Shown here: in pieces, positions 12,197 through 19,829 of the stretch | Layout: each line of letters begins with the position of its first letter | How positions within the stretch are numbered: position 1 is the first letter of the stretch | Sequence record: PQ227241.1 | Reading direction: 5' to 3' (one strand) | DNA: 64,000 nucleotides | Program-made: the position numbers and the translations under genes | Notes under the pieces: generated by a model | Databases searched by the model: none | Told to the model about the DNA's origin: nothing | The model's input: the letters and a program-made list of their open reading frames with translations, nothing else

Positions 12197-13309
12197 CTAT
12201 TTGATGATAACCGCTTTAGAAAGAGTTTCCATACTTCCAATAACTAATTTGGATTTCTCTTCTTCAGGGTTCCCCATTGCTTCACGCAGGAGTTCACCAA
12301 TAGTTTTGGGTTGAACATCATCACTGATTTCACGCGAGCATGCCGAGTCGTCGTACATATCAAACACATTCAGATCATCATCATCCAGGGGCGTGCTGTC
12401 ATTCCATGAATAGCTTGATTCATCCGAGGTATCATCAGACTCACCATACTGTTCACTGAGGTCACGGTCCAGTTCAGCCTCATACATCTCGCTAATTGCT
12501 TTATCGTCTTCTTCTTGCGCCTTACGACGAGAAGTCTTGTAGAACGGAAGCAGGCGTTGCAGGACTTTATGGAACTTCTTCTTGCTGATCAACCAGCTAA
12601 CAGAGTAGCGAGACAGCTTTACTTCAGCTGCTTTGATAGTCGGATCGGAGTACAGCGCCATGACTAGCTTGTCCAGTTTGTGCAGATGATCTTTAAACGA
12701 GTTTGCATAAGCAGGATGTTCCCGAAGAGTGAACATCACAAACGAACGCATGTCAGTGATATAGTACTGACTGTGATGTTTGTTGATTTCGATGTATACC
12801 GGATCTACTGCGCGGTTATAATCGAATTCCTCTGCCCAGGTAAGGCTACGTACTTTAGTAGGACGAGGACCTTCTGCCCAACGAACAGTCGGATGTTTCT
12901 CACGGATGTTCCAACCATGATTGCGATCATACTCGGTTGACTCTTCTTTGAACCAGGTGAAATTACCTTCACCGCGCGATACAATACCACGGCACCAACT
13001 GACGTTGATTGCCTTGTTACGGCTTTCAGTAAGATCACAGGGCATGTCCAGAATAGCGACATAACTGTTATGACCATTGGCCACAACGCCGAGAACAGTA
13101 GCTTCGAATGTCTCGTAGCGCTGTCCAGGATACACACGTTCATTCTCATCCAGGTAACGAAGGGAGCAGGATTCGAAGATAGCACGAGTACCGGCAGGGA
13201 AATGGGCACGACCGAAAGGTTGTTCGGCCTTTCTTTCTTTACGACGGCTGATAACCCATTCCAGTTTTTCTTTGGTCAGACGGGTTACGGGTTCACGATA
13301 CTGTTTCAT
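12197..13309 (-). CDS. Hypothetical protein with acidic C-terminal tract
   Basis: 370 aa; D/E/S-rich segment near the C-terminus. Confidence 0.75.
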   Translation of the reverse strand: MKQYREPVTRLTKEKLEWVISRRKERKAEQPFGRAHFPAGTRAIFESCSLRYLDENERVYPGQRYETFEATVLGVVANGHNSYVAILDMPCDLTESRNKAINVSWCRGIVSRGEGNFTWFKEESTEYDRNHGWNIREKHPTVRWAEGPRPTKVRSLTWAEEFDYNRAVDPVYIEINKHHSQYYITDMRSFVMFTLREHPAYANSFKDHLHKLDKLVMALYSDPTIKAAEVKLSRYSVSWLISKKKFHKVLQRLLPFYKTSRRKAQEEDDKAISEMYEAELDRDLSEQYGESDDTSDESSYSWNDSTPLDDDDLNVFDMYDDSACSREISDDVQPKTIGELLREAMGNPEEEKSKLVIGSMETLSKAVIIK

Positions 13310-13380
13310 GGTAATTTCCTTTTTACGATTGATTGGGTTGAGTACATCTCAATGCATCCTTTTCAAGACGCATTGAGATG

Positions 13381-13398
13381 GGGTCTCCGAAGAGACCC
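13381..13398 (-). terminator. UUCG hairpin, possible terminator
   Basis: gggtctc-cgaa-gagaccc; no U-tract, abuts a second 11-bp hairpin. Confidence 0.45.
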
Positions 13399-13403
13399 AT
13401 CTA

Positions 13404-14006
13404 TTATTCTTGGGTCAGTTCCCCAAGACGACCTTCGGCTTTCATGCGACGGATTTCCGAGATGGATTTACCGTACATTTTGGCCAGTTCTTTCACAGTA
13501 CCTTCAGGCACAGGTTTGTTCATGTCGCGGAAGTTCTGCTTAGCGATATTGTAACGCTGATGTTGAAGAGTCTTCAGTTCCGAACGTACCAGAGCGTTAC
13601 CGGCACATTGGGAGATGAATGTAACCATGAAGGTCTTCAGCTTGCCACGGTAGACGTTGACCCAAGCACAGGACTCATCCACGTGGATGTTCTTGTACTC
13701 GGAAACCTTGGCGTATTCCAGCAGGCCGACGGCATCGGGACCGTTGTCCTGATAAACCATCTTGTTGAACAGGCCCAGGGCGATATCGGAGGAACGCTCA
13801 CCTTTTATGAAGGCGATGGCGTCTTCGATGATCTTGGTTTCCAGGTCTTTGTACTTGACCGGGTCGTTCTTGATCAACAGTAGCATGGCGTCGACCTTGA
13901 CAGTCAAACCCATGTCGGCACCGCGTCGATCGATCAACTCGTTGTGCTGTTTCTGCGTGAACACGGGATCTATGTTCTTGAAAGCTTTCAGGAGACGCTG
14001 TTCCAT
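13404..14006 (-). CDS. Putative DNA-binding protein with C-terminal HTH
   Basis: TVKELAKMYGKSISEIRRMKAEG resembles an excisionase/MerR-type HTH; GC-rich codons. Confidence 0.5.
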   Translation of the reverse strand: MEQRLLKAFKNIDPVFTQKQHNELIDRRGADMGLTVKVDAMLLLIKNDPVKYKDLETKIIEDAIAFIKGERSSDIALGLFNKMVYQDNGPDAVGLLEYAKVSEYKNIHVDESCAWVNVYRGKLKTFMVTFISQCAGNALVRSELKTLQHQRYNIAKQNFRDMNKPVPEGTVKELAKMYGKSISEIRRMKAEGRLGELTQE

Positions 14007-14165
14007 TTACTTGTCCTCTTTGACGTTGAATGCATACATGGTACATTTCGGCTTAGCCGGGTGTTGGCACCACTCTTTAGATACCTTGCCCTCAGGTTTA
14101 GTGAGATCGTAATAGAACTCACCACCTGCGGCAGCGATACCCATCAGTACTGCAATGAATCCCAT
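14007..14165 (-). CDS. Small membrane-anchored protein (52 aa, not in ORF track)
   Basis: MGFIAVLMGIAAAGGEFYYD...WCQHPAKPKC; fills gap exactly. Confidence 0.5.
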   Translation of the reverse strand: MGFIAVLMGIAAAGGEFYYDLTKPEGKVSKEWCQHPAKPKCTMYAFNVKEDK

Positions 14166-14179
14166 TCCGATCTTTACTT

Positions 14180-14572
14180 TCATTTGGCAATGATCCGTTG
14201 TACGAAGTGTTGAAGGTTGGCTACCAGGCGTTCGAATTCTTCTTCGGTTACCTGGTCACGATGCGATTCCAGAAGTACTTCTACTTCCGGCAGGACGTTC
14301 ATGGCGATATCCAACTGGATACGGCTGATGAACTCTTCCGTTGTGATATTTCGATCACGACGAATACGACTTACCAGCTTGCGATGTTGTTCGCTGTTGC
14401 GGTAGGTGGAGATCTTATCGATAAGAATATCAGAGATACTGCTTTCGATCTGTTCGGCTACAGCCTGACCGTCTTCCTTTACGGTAGCTTTGACCGCGAG
14501 GATGGCAGCAACGGCTGTTGCGCCAACTGCCAGTGCAATAAGACCAAGTGCGTTTTCTTTGATGAAGTTCAT
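14180..14572 (-). CDS. Membrane-anchored helical protein
   Basis: N-terminal hydrophobic helix, AAGGA RBS. Confidence 0.7.
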   Translation of the reverse strand: MNFIKENALGLIALAVGATAVAAILAVKATVKEDGQAVAEQIESSISDILIDKISTYRNSEQHRKLVSRIRRDRNITTEEFISRIQLDIAMNVLPEVEVLLESHRDQVTEEEFERLVANLQHFVQRIIAK

Positions 14573-14577
14573 ATTGA

Positions 14578-14919
14578 TTATCCTTTCAAAGTTGCATCAT
14601 CATTGAAGATATCAGGACCCACCGAGAGACTTCCCAGAAGATCCGGAGCAATGTAAACAGAGTTGAGGGTTTCGTATACACCGGTAACAGCATCTACGTT
14701 AACCAGGCTAGAACTGCGCATGGGTACCCATTCACCGTTACGGAAGGCTTCACCGACCAGTACACGAACATCATCTACGTCAGTGCGGTTCGGCCATAGA
14801 TCCTTACCTTCTACTATTTTTACATTACGAGCATGGTAGACCAGTTTACCATTCATGCGAGCAACGATATTCGGACGGCACATGTTGTCGATTACTTTAA
14901 CTGCTACGGACTTTTCCAT
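14578..14919 (-). CDS. Hypothetical protein
   Basis: 113 aa, packed in operon. Confidence 0.7.
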   Translation of the reverse strand: MEKSVAVKVIDNMCRPNIVARMNGKLVYHARNVKIVEGKDLWPNRTDVDDVRVLVGEAFRNGEWVPMRSSSLVNVDAVTGVYETLNSVYIAPDLLGSLSVGPDIFNDDATLKG

Positions 14920-14929
14920 TTTTATTTCT

Positions 14930-15079
14930 CTATTTAGTTACGAGCATTTCTTGACCATTGGGACCGATACGATGACCGAGGATAACAGTTTCATTAGAAA
15001 TAGTTTGCTCTTCAAACTTAGCGTTTACAAACAGTCCACCAAAAGTCAAACCAATAACCACTAGTGCGAATGCTTTCAT
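14930..15079 (-). CDS. Small membrane/secreted peptide (49 aa, not in ORF track)
   Basis: MKAFALVVIGLTFGGLFVNA...; first gene after early promoter. Confidence 0.65.
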   Translation of the reverse strand: MKAFALVVIGLTFGGLFVNAKFEEQTISNETVILGHRIGPNGQEMLVTK

Positions 15080-15089
15080 TTTTAAAGTC

Positions 15090-15142
15090 CCTTTTTACAT
15101 TAATTGAAGGTTAAATATCAAGTTAGTAATATACTGTTTAAA
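15090..15142. repeat. 53-bp direct repeat, copy 1 (promoter+UTR+RBS)
   Basis: Identical to 16941-16993. Confidence 0.9.
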
Positions 15143-15154
15143 TATGTTTGAATA
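15126..15154 (-). promoter_or_regulatory. phiKZ-type early promoter
   Basis: Minus strand TATTCAAACATATTTAAACAG-TATATTAC. Confidence 0.8.
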
Positions 15155-15169
15155 AGGGAGTAGTAGTTA

Positions 15170-15430
15170 TTACATATCGTGCAGGTAGGTCTCATCAATG
15201 ATGGCACGGGCTAGCTCAATGAGACTATCTTCATCAACAACAATGTTACCATCTTTCCAGGTAGCGCTATGGGATAACCAGTTACGGTAATCCTTACCTC
15301 GTACAGGATTGATGCATACCTGACGAGTAGCTGCATCACGGTCACCACGGAAACCCATGATAGCACGTGCACGACGGATTGCTTCTTTCTCCAAGTCTTC
15401 GTCAGATTTAAAAGTCAGGAAAGTTGTCAT
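15170..15430 (-). CDS. Hypothetical early protein
   Basis: 86 aa, AAGGA RBS, own early promoter. Confidence 0.7.
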   Translation of the reverse strand: MTTFLTFKSDEDLEKEAIRRARAIMGFRGDRDAATRQVCINPVRGKDYRNWLSHSATWKDGNIVVDEDSLIELARAIIDETYLHDM

Positions 15431-15475
15431 AGTTTGATTCCTTTTTACTGATTTAATAGGTTTAATTACACTGTT

Positions 15476-15506
15476 GTGATATACTGGTTAAAATGGTTTG
15501 AATGTA
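15476..15506 (-). promoter_or_regulatory. Early promoter variant
   Basis: Minus strand TACATTCAAACCATTTTAACCAG-TATATCAC. Confidence 0.7.
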
Positions 15507-15511
15507 TTATT

Positions 15512-15844
15512 TCATTTCCACAGACGACAATAGTCATCTACATGTCGAGTGATTTCTGCAACAGCCCTGAGTCGCCGCCGGCCAGTTAATTTAGAGCAGT
15601 GTTTATTAACTAATGTATCAACAGTTTTACGTAACCTAACACAGCGTTCTTCATTAGGTATATCTTGTTCGATAAACAGGCTAGTTAATTTATGGATTTC
15701 CATATGGATTTTCTTACATACATCGTTAGCCGATTTTTCTTCATTTAATTTGTTGTATGATTCGACTAACTTAACAATAGTTGTAGCAACAGTAGTTGCG
15801 GCAACAAAAATTTGAATACCATTGATAAAATTTTTATTAAACAT
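15512..15844 (-). CDS. Membrane-anchored helical protein
   Basis: N-terminal hydrophobic stretch, GGAG RBS. Confidence 0.7.
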   Translation of the reverse strand: MFNKNFINGIQIFVAATTVATTIVKLVESYNKLNEEKSANDVCKKIHMEIHKLTSLFIEQDIPNEERCVRLRKTVDTLVNKHCSKLTGRRRLRAVAEITRHVDDYCRLWK

Positions 15845-15896
15845 TTTTAAACTCCAACTAATGTATTAAAAAAATATGTCTATATTGAAAATAAAG

Positions 15897-15914
15897 CCCT
15901 CCCCGAAGGGAGGG
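15897..15914 (-). terminator. Intrinsic terminator (UUCG)
   Basis: ccctccc-cgaa-gggaggg. Confidence 0.8.
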
Positions 15915-15945
15915 TGTATGTCGCCAATAAGTGTTACTAATTTAT

Positions 15946-16158
15946 TTAGTTAGTTTGACCATACGTTCTTTCAAAGTTGTTTACATCATAACCTGAGTGG
16001 TGTGTTGCAGAACCACCTGAAGTAGTATCTATAATCTTAACTACCACTTCATCATTTTCAATGTAAACCGACAGTTTATCTCGCATAAAATCCACGTGGT
16101 CATTTCGAGAACGTAGATATTTCATTACAGCTTCGCCACTGATTTTACTGTTAGCCAT
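15946..16158 (-). CDS. Hypothetical protein
   Basis: 70 aa, GAGGA RBS. Confidence 0.65.
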   Translation of the reverse strand: MANSKISGEAVMKYLRSRNDHVDFMRDKLSVYIENDEVVVKIIDTTSGGSATHHSGYDVNNFERTYGQTN

Positions 16159-16160
16159 TA

Positions 16161-16397
16161 TTATTTCCTCGATTGATTCCAGTTAAAATTATCTTTTGCA
16201 TTTTTAGTGAAGAACCCGTTACCCCAACCAAATGAGTATCTAAAGTCCTTGATTACACCAACATCCGAATCGATAACCTTATATTCAATGACTTTATCAC
16301 TATTCTCCAGAATGACTAAGATCGCGATAAGATCTTTAGGATCACCTACAGTCAATTCATGTCTTTCAGACTCGTCTCTGTGGATAACGATGTACAT
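16161..16397 (-). CDS. Hypothetical protein
   Basis: 78 aa, GAGGA RBS. Confidence 0.65.
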   Translation of the reverse strand: MYIVIHRDESERHELTVGDPKDLIAILVILENSDKVIEYKVIDSDVGVIKDFRYSFGWGNGFFTKNAKDNFNWNQSRK

Positions 16398-16414
16398 GGT
16401 ACTTTATCCTCTAA

Positions 16415-16930
16415 TTATACCCATTTAGTTACTGGGAGTTCGAAGGTTTCACACAAGTCGAGTACTTTACGATGTTCCAAGTTATTTTCTGGATAGAAGG
16501 TAATGGGTGTAGTCGGACTACCCCAATTAACACGACATCCAGTTTCTTTATGGATTTCGCCAAGTACAGTATATGCACCTGCCCCATCTGCATAACCCAT
16601 TTGATTAGGGTTAACGCAGATTTGAGTAAAACGCTCCGTCAATACTCGATTAATAGTGATGGTCAAGAGACGAACGAACTCACGAGTCTTCTCGATGTCG
16701 TCTACCCAGAATTCCAGAAGGATCCATTTCCCATGAGGGTTATCATGCCCACCTTGGAAGAATACACAGAAACCTTCTTTTGCCTTATAAAACTCGTGAT
16801 TGGTAATGTTACATTCAACCATTTGTTTCACTGCATGCCATACACGCTCGGTGACATAATCACCATAAAGTTCGATGCAGTGACCACGGCCAGGGAATTG
16901 TTCTTTTTTAGAAAATTTAATTTCGAACAT
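16415..16930 (-). CDS. Hypothetical early protein
   Basis: 171 aa, first gene after early promoter. Confidence 0.75.
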   Translation of the reverse strand: MFEIKFSKKEQFPGRGHCIELYGDYVTERVWHAVKQMVECNITNHEFYKAKEGFCVFFQGGHDNPHGKWILLEFWVDDIEKTREFVRLLTITINRVLTERFTQICVNPNQMGYADGAGAYTVLGEIHKETGCRVNWGSPTTPITFYPENNLEHRKVLDLCETFELPVTKWV

Positions 16931-16940
16931 GGTATAGATT

Positions 16941-16993
16941 CCTTTTTACATTAATTGAAGGTTAAATATCAAGTTAGTAATATACTGTTTAAA
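16941..16993. repeat. 53-bp direct repeat, copy 2
   Basis: Identical to 15090-15142. Confidence 0.9.
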
Positions 16994-17006
16994 ATGGTTT
17001 GAATGT
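16977..17006 (-). promoter_or_regulatory. phiKZ-type early promoter
   Basis: Minus strand TACATTCAAACCATTTTAAACAG-TATATTAC. Confidence 0.8.
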
Positions 17007-17024
17007 ATTATCGGTAGGGGAGGG

Positions 17025-17429
17025 TTACCCTTTTAACTTTTTAATACTGTTGGATAAGTACATGACACTACGGAAAATTTTGAATCTTGAAAAGTATTCA
17101 CGTACTTCTTCTTTAGTCAATACAAGTCTTCCATCTTTATTTACATTATCACCAAAGACAATTTCCTGAGTATTCTTCCATAAAGATCTATAAAGATAAC
17201 AGCCATGTGGTGCATCACACCAATCATAGATCTTAAGTTCAAATTCAACTTTGTCGACAATATCGTCATCAAATAAAATAGTATTTCCTTTACTATTTAA
17301 CTCCATTAACTCATTTGCACAATTTATTGCAAACTCAACCGCTGCCCAGGTTCTACCACCACTGAACATATCTTTACTTAATTTACTTAGATCGATTGCA
17401 TTATAAGTTGTTTTCTTAGAGTTTTTCAT
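17025..17429 (-). CDS. Hypothetical early protein
   Basis: Start set at ATG 17429 behind GAGGAG. Confidence 0.7.
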   Translation of the reverse strand: MKNSKKTTYNAIDLSKLSKDMFSGGRTWAAVEFAINCANELMELNSKGNTILFDDDIVDKVEFELKIYDWCDAPHGCYLYRSLWKNTQEIVFGDNVNKDGRLVLTKEEVREYFSRFKIFRSVMYLSNSIKKLKG

Positions 17430-17480
17430 GGACTGCACTCCTCAATAATAAATAGAATAATCTATATTTAATTCACCTTT

Positions 17481-17510
17481 GTAATATACTGTTTAAATAT
17501 GTTTGAATAC
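17481..17510 (-). promoter_or_regulatory. phiKZ-type early promoter
   Basis: Minus strand GTATTCAAACATATTTAAACAG-TATATTAC. Confidence 0.8.
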
Positions 17511-17520
17511 ATGACATAAA

Positions 17521-17540
17521 GCCTTCCCCTGGGGGAAGGC
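17521..17540 (-). terminator. Intrinsic terminator after folA
   Basis: gccttccc-ctgg-gggaaggc. Confidence 0.75.
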
Positions 17541-17545
17541 TATTA

Positions 17546-18067
17546 TTATGTTTTAATCCAATGGGTATATGTACATAGGTCAGTTTCTTTAATAATGGTT
17601 GATTTCCATTTATCCCATTTAATGATTTCTTTAGGGAAATAAACACAACTACTATTATCTATTTCCATCTTGACAGTAGTAATGTACATTTCGTCTAAAA
17701 TATCCTTTTCAATGACTTCTTTATAAAGTTGAGAACCGCCAATGATCCATACATCCTTTCCAGTTTCTTTATTGAAATGAGTGGCATAAACAATAGCTGC
17801 ACTTAGATTAGGGAGTACACCTAATTTATTATCATAGGCTACTGGATAATTACCGTTACGATATAAACTTGATGATACAACAATGTTATTACGATTAGGT
17901 AACGGTTTACTACCTAAGGATAAGAAAGTATTTTTACCCATGATAACACAGCAACCAGTTGTCATTTCTTTAAAGAAAGCTAAATCCTCAGGTATATGCC
18001 AAGGTAATAGATTATTATATCCAATGACACCATTTAGGTCATGGGCAACGATTAATTTAATAGCCAT
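17546..18067 (-). CDS. folA: Dihydrofolate reductase
   Basis: LIVAHDLNGVIG, LPWHIPEDLAFFK, VIMGKNT, PLPNRNNIVVS, WIIGGSQLY. Confidence 0.95.
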   Translation of the reverse strand: MAIKLIVAHDLNGVIGYNNLLPWHIPEDLAFFKEMTTGCCVIMGKNTFLSLGSKPLPNRNNIVVSSSLYRNGNYPVAYDNKLGVLPNLSAAIVYATHFNKETGKDVWIIGGSQLYKEVIEKDILDEMYITTVKMEIDNSSCVYFPKEIIKWDKWKSTIIKETDLCTYTHWIKT

Positions 18068-18573
18068 TAATTTTCCTTAGGCCAGAATTTACAAGATACT
18101 TCATTATCTTTAAATTCAATAGCCCAACTACAGCAAGTGAAATTAGTTTTAAACTTAAATGTAGACGCTAATAGGTAATTAATTTGAGCCATTTGTAATA
18201 GCGTTAATTCACCATATACTTTCTCATCAATCAATACACCAGGTCTTTTATGTTTAATAACTAATTCATTCAACTTAATATCTTGTTCAATATAGAGGTA
18301 TTCCACTTCGCCTTTTTCTAGTATAGGCATGTCCCAAAGAATCAGACTAATCTGTTGTGTGAATTCCTCAATACTAGTTGTAATATCTAGTCCTTCATAA
18401 CCTATCAATAGATTTATAAGTACTTGTAGACTAATCAGATTAACAGGTAAGTCTTTTAAATCGTCTTCTTTAATAGTTGTTCTAAAATAAACAGTGCCAT
18501 CTAAGTTTTTAACTAATAATCTATTTAATAGATGATTGACTTCTGATTTAATCTGATAATCCAGTTTGATCAT
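18067..18573 (-). CDS. Hypothetical protein
   Basis: 168 aa, coupled to folA. Confidence 0.7.
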   Translation of the reverse strand: MIKLDYQIKSEVNHLLNRLLVKNLDGTVYFRTTIKEDDLKDLPVNLISLQVLINLLIGYEGLDITTSIEEFTQQISLILWDMPILEKGEVEYLYIEQDIKLNELVIKHKRPGVLIDEKVYGELTLLQMAQINYLLASTFKFKTNFTCCSWAIEFKDNEVSCKFWPKEN

Positions 18574-19132
18574 TAGCTAACTCCTTGAGTCTAGTCATGC
18601 CATTACTAACTTCAATAATGTAACTAAAGTCAAAACTATATTTCATCATTTTGAATTCTTCTTTAAAGTTAGCGATATTTCCAGACAGAGCAATTTGTTC
18701 AAATCGACTAAAATCAGTAATAGTTTCATCGAACATTAGTTCTCTTGCGGTAATATCTGGATCATAGTTAGGATGATCAACTACAGTACCTTCGTGGTTT
18801 AAAGTACCTTGAAAATTCAAAGTCTTTTTAACATGGTCTACAGTTATTTTCCAACTAGTTGCAATATACCGAGCTTTAACTAAATTAGGAGCATACCTGT
18901 AAATACACCATTGTAATGGAGTGCCAACAGTTTGCGTATCATGCGTGGCTTTTATAACTTTAATAAAATTCTCAAGTTGATCAAATGTAACATTCCTAGT
19001 TACACCATCATTAGTGGTTATATTAAGAGATGGTCGAAGACCAGTACCAAGATCATTGGTGATGATTATATCCTCAACTAAAGCTTCATATAACTTTAGT
19101 CCTTCTTTTCTGGATCCAACATCATTACCCAT
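18548..19132 (-). CDS. Hypothetical protein
   Basis: 194 aa, overlapping operon gene. Confidence 0.7.
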   Translation of the reverse strand: MGNDVGSRKEGLKLYEALVEDIIITNDLGTGLRPSLNITTNDGVTRNVTFDQLENFIKVIKATHDTQTVGTPLQWCIYRYAPNLVKARYIATSWKITVDHVKKTLNFQGTLNHEGTVVDHPNYDPDITARELMFDETITDFSRFEQIALSGNIANFKEEFKMMKYSFDFSYIIEVSNGMTRLKELANDQTGLSD

Positions 19133-19485
19133 TGTTTAGCTTCCTCTTTTGTTACCAGTTGATAAAGTTTATTAAATTCACGTTGACGCATTAATTTGTA
19201 ATCTAATATACGCCCATTATTTTTACGAATTAAAATAATAAAATCACCCGGACAGACAATTTTATCTTTATCTGAACCCACACGTAAAATACCATGACTA
19301 GATTCAGTTAGATTACATAATGGACAAATCGTATTACTAAGAGTAGACTCTTTAGTAGGTATGACATAACCAACAATAGCACCTTGATTGATATTGTTGA
19401 TAACGCCATCACCAGGTATATCACCGTTCTTTTTCCATTCGATTGCTTCAATTGGATCGGTGTATCTCGGTAGATAAAAAGACAT
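19096..19485 (-). CDS. Hypothetical protein, possible metal-binding
   Basis: CPLC...HG...CPGDFII motif. Confidence 0.7.
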   Translation of the reverse strand: MSFYLPRYTDPIEAIEWKKNGDIPGDGVINNINQGAIVGYVIPTKESTLSNTICPLCNLTESSHGILRVGSDKDKIVCPGDFIILIRKNNGRILDYKLMRQREFNKLYQLVTKEEAKQWVMMLDPEKKD

Positions 19486-19829
19486 TCTTAATTAACTCCG
19501 ATAAATAATAGTAGTATAGTAAAAAGCACTTAGGTATATTTCTATTTTAAGCTATATTGCGGATAAAATAAAACCTAAGGGTACATAGCGGGTTATTGTT
19601 TAAAGCTCTTAAATAGCGTGGTAGAACGATATTGGACTATATGGCTGTAACCCTTAAGACACTAAGGCTACAAGGATTTTTAAGATAAAGATATCCAATG
19701 TACCATAGTATGCTTTTACAATAGATCAACTAAATTCATTTAAAATGGGTCGTAAAAATACTAAGTTGATCTAAAGATATGTTGAATACTTTTTCACATG
19801 AACTTACGACTCACAATTGGAAATTAACA

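Noticed and set aside
5185-17000. Many plus-strand ORFs in the track over the minus-strand operons (e.g. 5924-6313, 13070-13543, 14198-14656)
   Set aside because: Antisense shadows of real genes; no RBS, promoter or terminator support
19486-19829. AT-rich divergent gap before nrdA as replication origin
   Set aside because: No iterons, DnaA boxes or clear repeats seen; consistent with two promoters
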